A stretch of 64,000 nt of DNA from Octopus vulgaris (Eukaryota). The notes below the pieces were generated by a model that searched no databases, was not told the DNA's origin, and saw only the letters and a list, made by a program, of their open reading frames with translations. Below, piece after piece: positions 13,195 through 24,400 of the stretch (its first letter is position 1; each line of letters starts with the position of its first letter). A program made the translations under genes and the position numbers. The stretch spans positions 24,304,001 through 24,368,000 of the forward strand of contig OX597831.1 in NCBI GenBank assembly GCA_951406725.2, written 5' to 3'.

Positions 13195-13606
13195 TACTCT
13201 TTACTCTTTTTCTCTTGTACTTCTTTCAGTCATTTGACTGTGGCTGTACCGCCTTTAATCGAGCAAATCGACCCCAGGACTTATTCTTTGTAAGCCTAGT
13301 ACTTATCCTATCAGAATTTTTTGCCAAACTGCTAAGTTACGGGGATGTAAACACACCAGCATCAGTTGTCAAGTGAAGTTGGGGTGACAAATACAGACAC
13401 ACAAACATATACACACACATACATATATATATAGATATAAACGACTGGCTTCTTTCAGTTTCCGTCTACCAAATCCACTCACAAGGCTTTGGTCAGCCTG
13501 AGGCTATAGTAGAAGATACTTGCCCAAGGTGCCACACAGTGGGACTGAACCTGGAACCATGTGGTTCGTAAGCAAGCTACTTACCACACAGCCACTCCTA
13601 CACCTA
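13195..13606 (-). mobile_element. SINE family A
   Basis: Full-length family match. Confidence 0.9.
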
Positions 13607-15477
13607 CAAGATGAGGTAGGACTAGCAATAACAACAGCTGCCTCACACTGTATCCAACGAATCCCCTACATCTGACTTCAATTGGAAAATGCTCTGCTTT
13701 CCAGCTTGCATCTTCAAAATTCCTTGAGTAGGTTTACGTAATGGTCAGTCCTTCGAGCAGCAATTGACAGGGGTTAGCATCAGCAAAGGAATGCGGTAGA
13801 TTGAATTGAGCAAACCCAAGTGTATTACTGATATCAACTTGTTATTTGGATCCCTGAAGAGATAAAATGTCAGATAACGACACAATGTTTTGAACTTAGA
13901 ATGATAAAGAAACATAGCTTGAGGTGGGACAGGTGGGACAGGTGGGCAAATTTATGTGTAAATCATTTGGTTTGACATTTCTAGCTTGGTCTGCTATCTC
14001 CTTGCCTCTAGTTATTAATATTAACAACTTGATGATTTAATATTCATCAGAAATATTCTTCACGTAAACTTTGCTTTATGTTGAAAAGTTACATTAAAAG
14101 TTTCGTATTTTAGTTTCCATTATTTAATCTTATTATATGTTATCGTATTTTAGAATGTCTTTTTACGCTTTCCATTTCGTAATTTTATCTATGAATGCAC
14201 ACAAATTTATAAACTTGAAAATTCATATTGACAAAATACCAGTGAGCTGATGCTGGCTGGAAAAAATAAATATTATGATGATCATCATCATCATTATCAT
14301 GTCGTAGCTTTCAACGTTATTATTATTATTGTTATTATGATCTTTCTTAAATCGGAGGCAGGATTTCAAAACTAATAAATTACGACCCTGGCTTTAATTG
14401 GGCATTAAAGTTGACACATTTCCAAAGTTAATTCTAATTGAAAAGTACTTAAAGCATCATGGGACTTAGTTTCAGAACGAAAATGATAATTTATTTATTC
14501 TTAAAACATTATTTTCATCTTTTCCTTCCACTTTCTTTTGGACAAATTACATCTGTTCAACAAAAGGAAAAAAAAGAAAAAAAATAACGATCAAAATAAA
14601 ATAACTTAATGAAAACCGAAACCAACAACAAAACAAAAATTTCCAAAAATAAACACAGCAAATTAATTAGTTTTTATTTCAAATTTTAGTTAAAATTTGT
14701 ACAAAATTAAATTCATTAAAATATCAGTTCCTGTGATAATTAAATTATGGTCATATTTTGTATTTTGTTTTTGTTTGTTTGTTTTTGACAGATATTTTTG
14801 AAGTTTTCTGTTTGTTATTTTAGTCTTTTTGAGATGAGGAAGAAAGGTAGGCGGGTAGGGGGGAGGGGGGCAGTCACTTTATCTAAACTACTAAACTTTG
14901 CAAACACACAAACACACTCAATCCAATCACATATACACACACATAAGCAAACACACAGAAGCACACACACACTCACTTCCACATACATAAACACACATGG
15001 ACACACATATGCTACATACAAATATATACATTTACCATGTCTGTATCTGTTGTGAAGATCTTCGTGACAGCAGTCGTGAGGCTGGTGGCGATGATGGCGG
15101 CAATAACGGCAGCAGCGGTTGGAACGTTATTTTATGAAGTTATAAATTTCATATATTCTAATCCTTTATATGATTCTTCTTGGATATTGTTTAATGGAAA
15201 TGAATTGCAGCCCCCTATTTTTTATTTTTTTTTTATTTTCTAACCTTCCTGTAAAATCTTTGATGCTACAAATAATTCTATAATGTCAGGGATTAATTGA
15301 TATCTTCAAGTGAAACGACCTTCGTTTATGGCTCTCATATTAATGACCTGTGTATCAATCAACACAGGGGTTGATCCATTTGCCAAGAATAACCATTAGT
15401 TATAAGCATCTAAATCAGTCACCATCGACCCTGATAAAAAAAATTTACTGGTTCCAATTTTATTAATGGTGAAGGAT

Positions 15478-16012
15478 TACTCTTTTACTCTTTTACTTGT
15501 TTCAGTCATTTGACTGCAGCCATGCTCGAGCACCGCCTTTAGTTGAGCAAATCGACCCCAGGATTTATTCTTTGTAAGCCTAGTACTTATTCTATCGGTT
15601 CTTTTACTGAACTACTAAGTTACAGGGACGAAAACACACCAGCATCGGTTGTCAGGCAATGCTGGGGGAACAAACACAGACACACAAAATATACACACAC
15701 ATACATATACATATATACGATGGGCTTCTTTCAGTTTCCGTCTACCAAATCCACTCAGAAGGCTTTGGTCGGCCCGAGGCTATAATAGAAGACACTTGCC
15801 TAAGTTGCCATAAAGAGGGGACAAACAAGGACAGACAAACAGATTAGTCAATTATATCGACTCCTGTGCATAACTGGTACTTATTTAATCGACCTTGAAA
15901 GGATGAAAGGCAAAGTTGACGTCGGTGCAATTTGAACTCAGAACGTAGAGGCAGATGAAATACCGCTTAGCATTTCGCCCTGTGTGCTGACGTTTCTGCC
16001 AGCTTGCTGCCT
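15478..16012 (-). mobile_element. SINE A (15478-15810, head lost) abutting SINE B (15811-16012)
   Basis: The A sequence stops at CACTTGCCTAAG and is replaced by B body and head (GAGGGGACAAACAAGG...CTGCCAGCTTGCTGCC). Confidence 0.85.
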
Positions 16013-16341
16013 TCATTTACTCATTAATATTCAATGATTTTAGATAAAATAAATCCCAGCTTGTCATCACCTTTTTCAATGCTACTAACCTGTATGGCCT
16101 TCTGCCAGAAGAAATTAATGGTGCATGAAACCAAATATCTTGTTATATTTATTTACTTACAACCTTTGACTTCCTTTTATCAAGTTTCACCAATATCATC
16201 TTAATCTTCGCTCCTCAATGAAAACCAAGTACTGTGTTTAATTATATCAGTTATGTTCTCCACTGCTTCAAAACATGTCCTCTCTTTCCTACTAGATCAT
16301 TCTACCAGGACTTTACTCTCATTCAAAACAGCAGCTGCAGC

Positions 16342-16790
16342 GGAGGTGCAATGGCCCAGTGGTTAGGGCAGTGGACTCGTGGCCGTAAAAACGCGGTTTC
16401 GATTCCCAGACCAGGCATTGTGAGTGTTTATTGAGCAAAAACAGCTAAGCTTCACAAGGCACCAGTGGAGGTGGGAGGTGAACCCCACTGTACTCTTTCA
16501 CCACAACTTTTCTCACTCTTTCTTCCTACTTCTGCCACAAAGCAGAGGAACCATGCTGTAACCCACTATGGTGTGGTAAACTTTCATACCCTAGTCTAGA
16601 TTGCAAATCTTCTGTACTCCAGGATGGTTCAGCTCTCCACCCATTAAAAGCCACCGTTTACGGAACGAGGATAACAACGTAGCTTTCACACCCGTGCAGC
16701 CGCCAGTCTATCGCATGTGGTGAGTGGATCTTCAAGTTGCCACATGCATTCTTAGTAGCTTAGAGTAGGCCCAAATTAGAGATTATTCTT
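16342..16790 (+). mobile_element. SINE family C head with a distinct tail
   Basis: Head GGAGGTGCAATGGCCCAGTGGTTAGGGCAG; the 3' part is unlike the copies at 11426 and 39971. Confidence 0.7.
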
Positions 16791-16849
16791 TGTGGCTAAT
16801 GGCGTGAGTCCTGATTGAAGAAGAAGAAAAGAAGAAGAAGAAGAAGAAG

Positions 16850-17095
16850 AAGACAGCAGCTGCAGGCTTTGTGGCAGGACCTGCACCAGATGCCTTGATG
16901 TTATTGAGAAAATCCTCAAGAGGCTCATCATCACCTTGGAAGATGCAGCAGAGAGGCTGGCATGGGGTTGCCAGTGATGGAAAGCACTGGTGGACCTGGT
17001 CACCTCCATGCATGATTACATTTCTGGGACCACTAAGTTGGGATGACCCAGGCCCCATCAAGTGAGAACATGAAGCAAGAAGCAAGCAAGCATGT
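16850..17095 (+). mobile_element. Degenerate RTE LINE 3' end
   Basis: Translates GRTCTRCLDVIEKILKRLIITLEDAAERLAWGCQ*WKALVDLV, resembling the RTE C-terminus; AAGCAAGC tail. Confidence 0.55.
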
Positions 17096-17208
17096 TCTCC
17101 ACATCACTTCAAAATTTGGGAACTTTTGGGGGTGACCAATGTAAGAATTAAAAAAAGAAACAATATATAATGTCATTGCATAATAATTGTTGATAATCAA
17201 TTATCATA

Positions 17209-17603
17209 GGCATAGGAGTGGCTGTGTGGTAAGTAGCTTGCTTACCAACCACATGGTTCCGGGTTCAGTCCCACTGCATGGCACCTTGGGCAAGTGTTTT
17301 CTACTATAGCCTCGGGCCGACCAAATCCTTGTGAGTGGATTTGGTAGACGGAAACTGAAAGAAGTCCATCATATATATGTATATGTATGTGTGTGGATAT
17401 GTTTGTGTGTCTGTGTTTGTCCCCCAGACATCGCTTGACAACCGATAATCGTGTGTTTACGTCCCCATAACTTAGTGGTTGGGCAAAAGAGACCAATAGA
17501 ATAAGTACTAGGCTTACAAAGAATAAGTGCTGGGGTCGATTTGATCGACTAAAGGCGGTGCTCCAGCATGGCCACAGTTAAATGACTGAAACAAGTAAAA
17601 GAG
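17209..17603 (+). mobile_element. SINE family A
   Basis: Full-length, well-conserved copy. Confidence 0.9.
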
Positions 17604-17837
17604 TTAATCAACTAAGCATGAAACATTTGTAAGTGTACATGTTATAGCAACTCTAAAGTACCATAGCTCGTGATTATTTCCTGTTTATTTCATCATTCAC
17701 ATCTCTTATTACTTACCTTTCATCTTTTATTTGCTTCAACCATAGGATTGTTGTCATGCTGGGGCACTCCCTTGAAGGGTTCTAACTGAATGTATCAACC
17801 CCAGTTCTATTTTTTTAAGCCTGGTACTTATTCTGTT

Positions 17838-18070
17838 AAGGCAGCGAGCTGGCAGAAACGTTAGCATGCCGGGCGAAATACTTAGTGGTATTTCGTCTGC
17901 CATTGCGCTCTGAGTTCAAATACTGCCGAGGTTGACTTTTCCTTTCATCCTTTCGAGGTCGATAAATTAAGTACCAGTTATGCACTGGGGTCGATGTAAT
18001 CGACTTAATCCGTTTGTCTGTCCTTGTTTGTCCCCTCTGTGTTTAGCCCCTTGTGGATAGTAAAGAAATA
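17838..18070 (+). mobile_element. SINE B nested in an old minus-strand SINE A (~17722-18240), 15-bp TSD
   Basis: GGTACTTATTCTGTT at 17823-17837 and 18071-18085. Confidence 0.9.
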
Positions 18071-18270
18071 GGTACTTATTCTGTTGGTTTCTTATACTGA
18101 GGTGCCGAGTTACAGCGACATATGCAAACCAACGCCAGTTGTTAAACAGTGAAAGAGGAGAAACACAACCACACACATTCACACACAACCACACACTCAC
18201 ACACAAACACAAACACACACACACGTACATACAGACATATAACAGCATCTGTGCCAAGCCATGATTAGGA

Positions 18271-18518
18271 AAACAAAGTTTAGCTTAGTTAAAATATGTT
18301 TGTGACACATTTCAACTTCTAAAGGCAAATTCATTGCTGTTACTGTGGAGAAAAAAAAAATTCTCTCTTACCATAAAAGGTATAAAAACACAATACCTGT
18401 CCAGTTTTTACAACTTTTAGCATAAGAGAGAAATTTTACTCCGTGGTAGCAGCAGTGAATTTGTCTTTAGAAGTTAAAATATGTCAGAAACGTATTTTAA
18501 CTAACCCAAAGTTTGTTT
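18271..18518. mobile_element. Palindromic (foldback) MITE, ~250 bp
   Basis: Arms TTAGTTAAAATATGTTTGTGACACATTTCAACTTCTAAAGGCAAATTCA... and ...TGAATTTGTCTTTAGAAGTTAAAATATGTCAGAAACGTATTTTAACTAA are reverse complementary over ~100 bp. Confidence 0.8.
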
Positions 18519-18526
18519 ATGTATAC

Positions 18527-18692
18527 AGGCGTAGGAGTGGCTGTGTGTTAAGTAGCTTGCTTACGAACCGCATGGTTCTGGGTTCAGTCCCACTGTCTGG
18601 CACCTTGGGCAAGTGTCTTCTACTATAGCCCTCGGGCCGACTAATGCCTTGTGAATGGATTTGGTAGATGGAAACTGAAAGAAGCCCGTCAT
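18527..18692 (+). mobile_element. SINE family A, 5' half
   Basis: Head through GAAAGAAGCCCGTC. Confidence 0.85.
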
Positions 18693-19133
18693 ATAACTAT
18701 CTATCTATCTATGTATCTTTATATATATATAGTTGTATTTATACCTGTTTATGTATATGTAGGTATATGTATGTATGTATGTATGTATGTAAGGTAGACA
18801 GAAATTGAAGCTTATCACACACACACACACACACACCGATATAGTGATAATAACAATAATATTTGGATGGAATCTATAAACATTTAATGCATCACTACAT
18901 GAGTTACCAAAAATCACCAGACACTTAAGATTACAGTCTGTGTTTCTGGTATGATTACAGTGTAGTCTGTAGTATCCACAGGTATCAGGTTTATTATCTT
19001 CATGGCTTCATTTCTTCAGGCAATATTAATGAATATTTATCAGAGAGATGTTTGTCCCTGTTCACCAGTGCAAAGTTTGGATGAGTTATACAATAAGCCT
19101 ATCTATATGAGACTAGTTATACAATATGCCACA

Positions 19134-19205
19134 GGCATATGGTGTGGTGGTTAAAAGCGCGGGCTACTAACCCCAAGATTCCGATTTCAATTCCAAGCAG
19201 TGACC

Positions 19206-19260
<55 letters not shown>

Positions 19261-19379
19261 TAACAATAATAACAATAATAACAATAATAATAATAATGAT
19301 AATAATAATAATAATGATAATAATAATAATAATAACAATAATAATTATGATAATAATAATAATAATGATAATAATAATG

Positions 19380-19413
<34 letters not shown>

Positions 19414-19678
19414 TAATAATTATAATAATAATAATAAAAATTGTGTTAACTGGTATGACTCATGTACTGAGAAGAGCATTATCGCTGTGAAAACAACATC
19501 CATTCATAAATTCATTTATTTATTAATTTTTTGAATACATATTTTACTTGTGAATTTGCATGTGTAATCTGGGAATGCATACAATGAGGTCTCCGCTCTA
19601 GGTGTATGGAAAACACTCAGCGGGAAGTAGAAGAAAATTTGAAGAAAGAAGGAAAAAAAAAACAAAATAATGATGATG

Positions 19679-19725
<47 letters not shown>

Positions 19726-19862
19726 TACATAGAAAAATACTTTAGGAATAAGAATCCAGGTTCGAAATTTGATGAAGGCTGGAGGGCGTATCAGCCAAAA
19801 CGTTGTGTTAACAACAAACAAGATGAGGACAAATATCTGTCAAATGTAAATAATGTAAATAA
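19134..19862 (+). mobile_element. Hammerhead-bearing SINE (family H): tRNA head + (AAT)n + tail, interrupted
   Basis: The head at 19134-19207 (TGGTGTGGTGGTTAAAAGCGCGGGC...TTTCAATTCCAAGCAGTGACC) matches the junction sequence at 23607-23649. The tail at 19727-19862 matches 23664-23816. Confidence 0.75.
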
Positions 19863-20029
19863 GGGCCTGTTTCAGTTTCCATCTACCAGATCCATTCACA
19901 AGGCTTTTGGTTGGCCTGGGACTATAGCAGAAGATACTTGCCCAGGTGCCATAACAGAGGGACTAAACCCAAGTAAACTTCTCACCACACAGACATATCT
20001 ACACCTACATACTATCACATTTTATCTCT

Positions 20030-20360
20030 ATTTCCTAGATGGCACCATATTCCATATTCGTTCCACAGTTAGCATCATATTTCAACTTATATTTCTGTAA
20101 GCAATATACTTCACATCTATTTTTTTTTACCATCAGACCCATATTTCCTGTTTGTTTCAGAGTTAATACCATACATTTATTCCATGATCTGTACCTTATT
20201 TCGAGATTATTTTTCCCTTAACCCCATGTTTCACGCATATCAATACATTTCCATCTTTATATGAGTTAGCACCCGTACCTCAATTTATTTCACAGTTAGC
20301 AACATATCCCATGTTTATTTTCAGTTAGCAATATATTTCATATTTATTTCGCAGTTTTAT
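20030..20360. repeat. Degenerate ~29-30-bp tandem repeat
   Basis: Recurring TTCCACAGTTAGCA(C/T)CATAT-like units at ~20061, ~20155, ~20262, ~20289 and ~20319. Confidence 0.6.
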
Positions 20361-20763
20361 TTTGTATATTCATTTAACAGTCAATAAAAAGCAATTTTCA
20401 TTTCAATAAATATCTTTCACCATCTCTTAATTCAAATAATTCCATTTAAACACACACATGTTCTTGACTTTCTTCTGTATATTTATATATTTGTTATGTT
20501 GCTCTTGAAGTATTTAATTCAATATAATATGTGTTCATATATACGCGCATGTGTGTGTGTGTGCGTGCATATGTTTTGTGTGTGTGTATGCATGTGCACA
20601 CATGCATATATATATATGTATGTATGTATGTCTGCATATGTGACAAGTTTGAATGTGCTCCCATATATATGTATATATGCGTGTATGAATATTTTTCCAT
20701 TTGCGTATTTTCTGTATGTAATCTATGCAAATATAGAATACCACACAAAACAGACACACACAC

Positions 20764-20805
<42 letters not shown>

Positions 20806-20935
20806 ACGCACACACACACACACACATATATATGCACACAAACAATTATATACATCTATAGATATACATATAGATACATACAAACAGACATATATGCACT
20901 TCTACAAAAGCATATACATGCACATAAGCGCTCAC

Positions 20936-21400
20936 ACATAAATACATAGACACATATACACTGATACACATACCCACAATCTCGTCGGGACACACACACA
21001 CACACATATATACACACACACAAATACACATATATATACTCACATACATACATAAATACACATAAATACATAGACACATATACACTGATACACATACCCA
21101 CAATCTCGTCGGGACACACACACACACACATATATACACACACACAAATACACATATATATACTCACATACATACATAAATACACATAAATACATAGACA
21201 TATATACACTGACACACATACCCACAATCTAGTGGGGACACACACATACACACATATATACACACAAATACACATATATATACTCACATACATACATAAA
21301 TACACATAAATACATAGACATATATACACTGACACACATACCCACGATCTAGTGGGGACACACATACACATATACACACACACATACATATATACCCACA
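20936..21400. repeat. Minisatellite, ~120-124-bp unit x4
   Basis: Anchors CCCACAATCTCGTCGGGAC (x2) and CCCAC(A/G)ATCTAGTGGGGAC (x2) within a compound CA/TA unit. Confidence 0.9.
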
Positions 21401-21761
21401 CACACACACACACATACATACACACACACACACGAGTTCTCATACCTCACTGCTTTTATTCATTTCCATTCTAAATAAACTAATGAGAGAGATATTTAAT
21501 AACTGTTATTGAACGGACTACAAATATATTTGACAACTTTATTGAAGTGTTTTTACAGAGAGAGAATGGATCTTTTATGGTTGGTCTGTTTATTTATGTC
21601 TTCGTAAAGAAATAAGGAATAATTCTGAAGACAAAGGATTCATGGAGATTACATGAATCTTCATCCATCACTTCTATTATAACATCTTTTATGGAAATCA
21701 CACCATTCTTCCGTCCTAGCTCCCTTTTTCTCCCTCTTTTCCATTTCTCTCTCTCCCGCCA

Positions 21762-21817
<56 letters not shown>

Positions 21818-21862
21818 AAATCAGTGTGCGTGTGTGAAAAATAGAATGTGTGCATGCGCATG

Positions 21863-21895
<33 letters not shown>

Positions 21896-23354
21896 ACACA
21901 AGTGTGTGTGCACACAAGTGTGTGTGGGTGTGAGTAGGTGTGAGTGGGTTTGAGTGCATGTATGTGAAGGTACAAGTGTTTTTGAGAGTGAAAGTGTGTG
22001 AGTGCAATTGTGTGTGTGTGTATGTGCAAGTGAGCATGTGTGTGTGTATATTTGTGTGTGTATGTGTGTGTGTGTATGTGTGTGCGTGTGTGTGTGTGTG
22101 TGCATGTACAAACGTGTGAGAGAGTGTTTTGTGTGGACAAGCAAGAAAGTAATTGCAAGTGTGTATGTATGTGTGTATGTACACAAATATGTTCACACAA
22201 GCGGGTATGTATGTGTCTGTGTGTGTGTGTGTGTGTGTGTGCATGCGTGACAGCTTGTGTTCAAGTAGGTGTGTCTGTACGTGCACAAGTGTCTATGAAC
22301 ACTTTATGCATCTGCAGAGATGTGTGTGTGTGTGTGTCTGTCCAAGTACATTTGTGTGCGCTAGTGCATTTCCGTGTACATACATGTGTGAGTCTTTGTA
22401 AGTGAGCATATGAATGAGTTCAAATCCTACTAAGTTTTATTTTAAATTCTACCCACCTTATGTAAAATACTAATACTCTGGGCTGAATGTTACCCACTGC
22501 CCTTATCACCACAATGCTTGCATACAGCATAGGAACAATGAAAGAAACTTTGCCTTTCATTCTTTAGGAGTCGATTAAATAAGTACCAGTTATGCACTAG
22601 GGTTGATGTAATCGACTTAATCCCTTTGTCTTTGTTTGTCCTCTCTATGTTTAGCCCCCTGTGGGCAGTAAAGAAATAAATAGAAGCAATGAAAGACAGT
22701 ATTATGTCTTTACTTATCAATTACTGATAGGGACACTGTATTTTGTTATGCAACCCAAATATTTTACAAAGTATATTAAATGCTTTATAATAATCTGTAG
22801 AGATACCCCTAACTTGTGTCATTACTTTCCCATCAAACGGCCTCTCTGTTGATTTTGGTAGTTCATATGTACCAACTGTATTAATATGAGATTCAAATCT
22901 GACATGAGATGAAAAGGTACACTAAGCTTTTGTCATAGTCCTTCACCAATTTGACTCACATTGTGCATCAAACAATGCATGCTATCTCCATTTCTTTTAC
23001 TCTGAATGAGTAAAACAGGAACAATCATTTGTTAGATCAGTGGTTAGAGTGTCAGGCTTACAATCACGGGATAGTGAGTTTGATTCCTGGACCGGGCAGT
23101 GTGTTGTGTTTCTGTGCAAGACACTTCATTAACAACAGGAACAATCAGTCTCTGAACTTCCTCCAGCTTGTTCTTGTTCTAGAAACTATGCTCTCAGAAC
23201 ATCTTCCTCCACCGATAATTAGCTCACCTAGGTAACAGAAGATGTCTATTACTGCTAGGGATTTTACAGTTCTATATTTAAGAGATGAGGAATTAGGTAC
23301 ATTATTTACATTATTTACATTTGAGGGATATTTGTCTTCATTTTGTTTGTTGTT

Positions 23355-23400
23355 AACACAACGTTTTTGCTGATATACCCTCCAGCCTTCATCAGGTGTC
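23355..23400 (-). ncRNA. Minimal type-I hammerhead ribozyme motif (degenerate: GAAA>AAAA)
   Basis: Minus strand: GACAC-CUGAUGA-A-GGCUG-gaggguauau-CAGCa-aAAA-CG-UU-GUGUU. Confidence 0.7.
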
Positions 23401-23488
23401 TTTGGGAAATTTCGAACCCTGGGTTCTTATTCCTAAAGTATTTTTCAATGTCATTGTCGTCGTCGTCGTCATCGACGGCAGCGGCATC

Positions 23489-23519
<31 letters not shown>

Positions 23520-23529
23520 GAATTATTAC

Positions 23530-23598
<69 letters not shown>

Positions 23599-23714
23599 CA
23601 TCATTATTCAGGTTACTGCCTGGAGTTCGATTCCAGACAGTGACATGAATAATAATAATAATAACATAGAAAAATACCTTAGGAATGAGAACCCAGGTTC
23701 GAAATTTGCCCCAA

Positions 23715-23760
23715 GACACCTGATGAAGCCTGGAGGGTATATCAGCCGAAACATTGTGTT
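23715..23760 (+). ncRNA. Minimal type-I hammerhead ribozyme motif
   Basis: GACAC-CUGAUGA-A-GcCUG-gaggguauau-CAGCC-GAAA-Ca-UU-GUGUU. Helix I is GACAC/GUGUU and the core is intact; there are single mismatches in helices II and III. Confidence 0.75.
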
Positions 23761-23899
23761 AACAGCAAACAAGACGAGGACAAATATCCATCAAATGTAA
23801 ATAATGTAAATAATGTGCTAGGGATCTTTCTGAGCATTTGAAAAAAAAATCTATATCCTGTTCATGCTTAGTATTTATTGCTCATGTGCATCTACTATA

Positions 23900-24400
23900 T
23901 TCGAAGTCTACTTTATTAAGCCACATGTAATACCACTGAACAACTTGTATGTCCATAATTGTACTGAGTATACCATGTGAGTTTTTTTTACCTATTTCTT
24001 TTCTACAGACCAACAGAGACCATTTCCTAGCTAAAAAGAGATCTTACTCTGTTTTCCTAATTGCTAAAATTGTTATTATTACCAAATTAACTTTAGAGCC
24101 CTTTCACTCTAGGTTTTGCTTCCACACATGGAATTTCTTCTTTATTTCCACTAGAATTCAACATAGGAATGAGTTCATCAGTTCCCATAGGCATCAGGTC
24201 TTATATTTCTCCAACGAATAAAAATATGACTGAGAACAGAGCTCTGATGAACTCCTAGGTGCACATTAACTGTGTCTGTACATATCAACATTTAACTTAA
24301 AGACAGCACTTCTGCCCATGACTTGTATGGCTCTCACAAGCCATTCTTGTTTCCCACTAGCTTCATCAGCAACCACCAGAGGAAAGGATTGTATTGAAGT
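23900..24400 (-). mobile_element. Degenerate RTE-clade reverse-transcriptase fragment
   Basis: Minus-strand pieces: EWLVRAIQVM..., LGVHQSSVLS (cf. GVHQGSVLSP), CLWEL, KKKFHVWKQNLE*KGSKVNL; frameshifted. Confidence 0.7.

Larger units (their letters stand above)
23263..23815. mobile_element. Head-to-head inverted pair of family-H SINE copies with 10-bp TSD
   Basis: 23299-23451 is the reverse complement of 23664-23816. The arms join at the B-box (CCTGGAGTTCGATTCCAG). TGCTAGGGAT flanks the structure at 23253-23262 and 23816-23825. Confidence 0.88.

Noticed and set aside
19466-19497. CTGAGAAGAGC...GCTGTGAAAAC as another hammerhead
   Set aside because: Core spacing is wrong and helices I and III cannot be formed.
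19139-19534. Poly-Asn ORF
   Set aside because: It is the (AAT)n linker of the family-H SINE.
24243-24260. CTGATGA hammerhead core
   Set aside because: It is the antisense of the RT motif GVHQ, with no helix II or GAAA.
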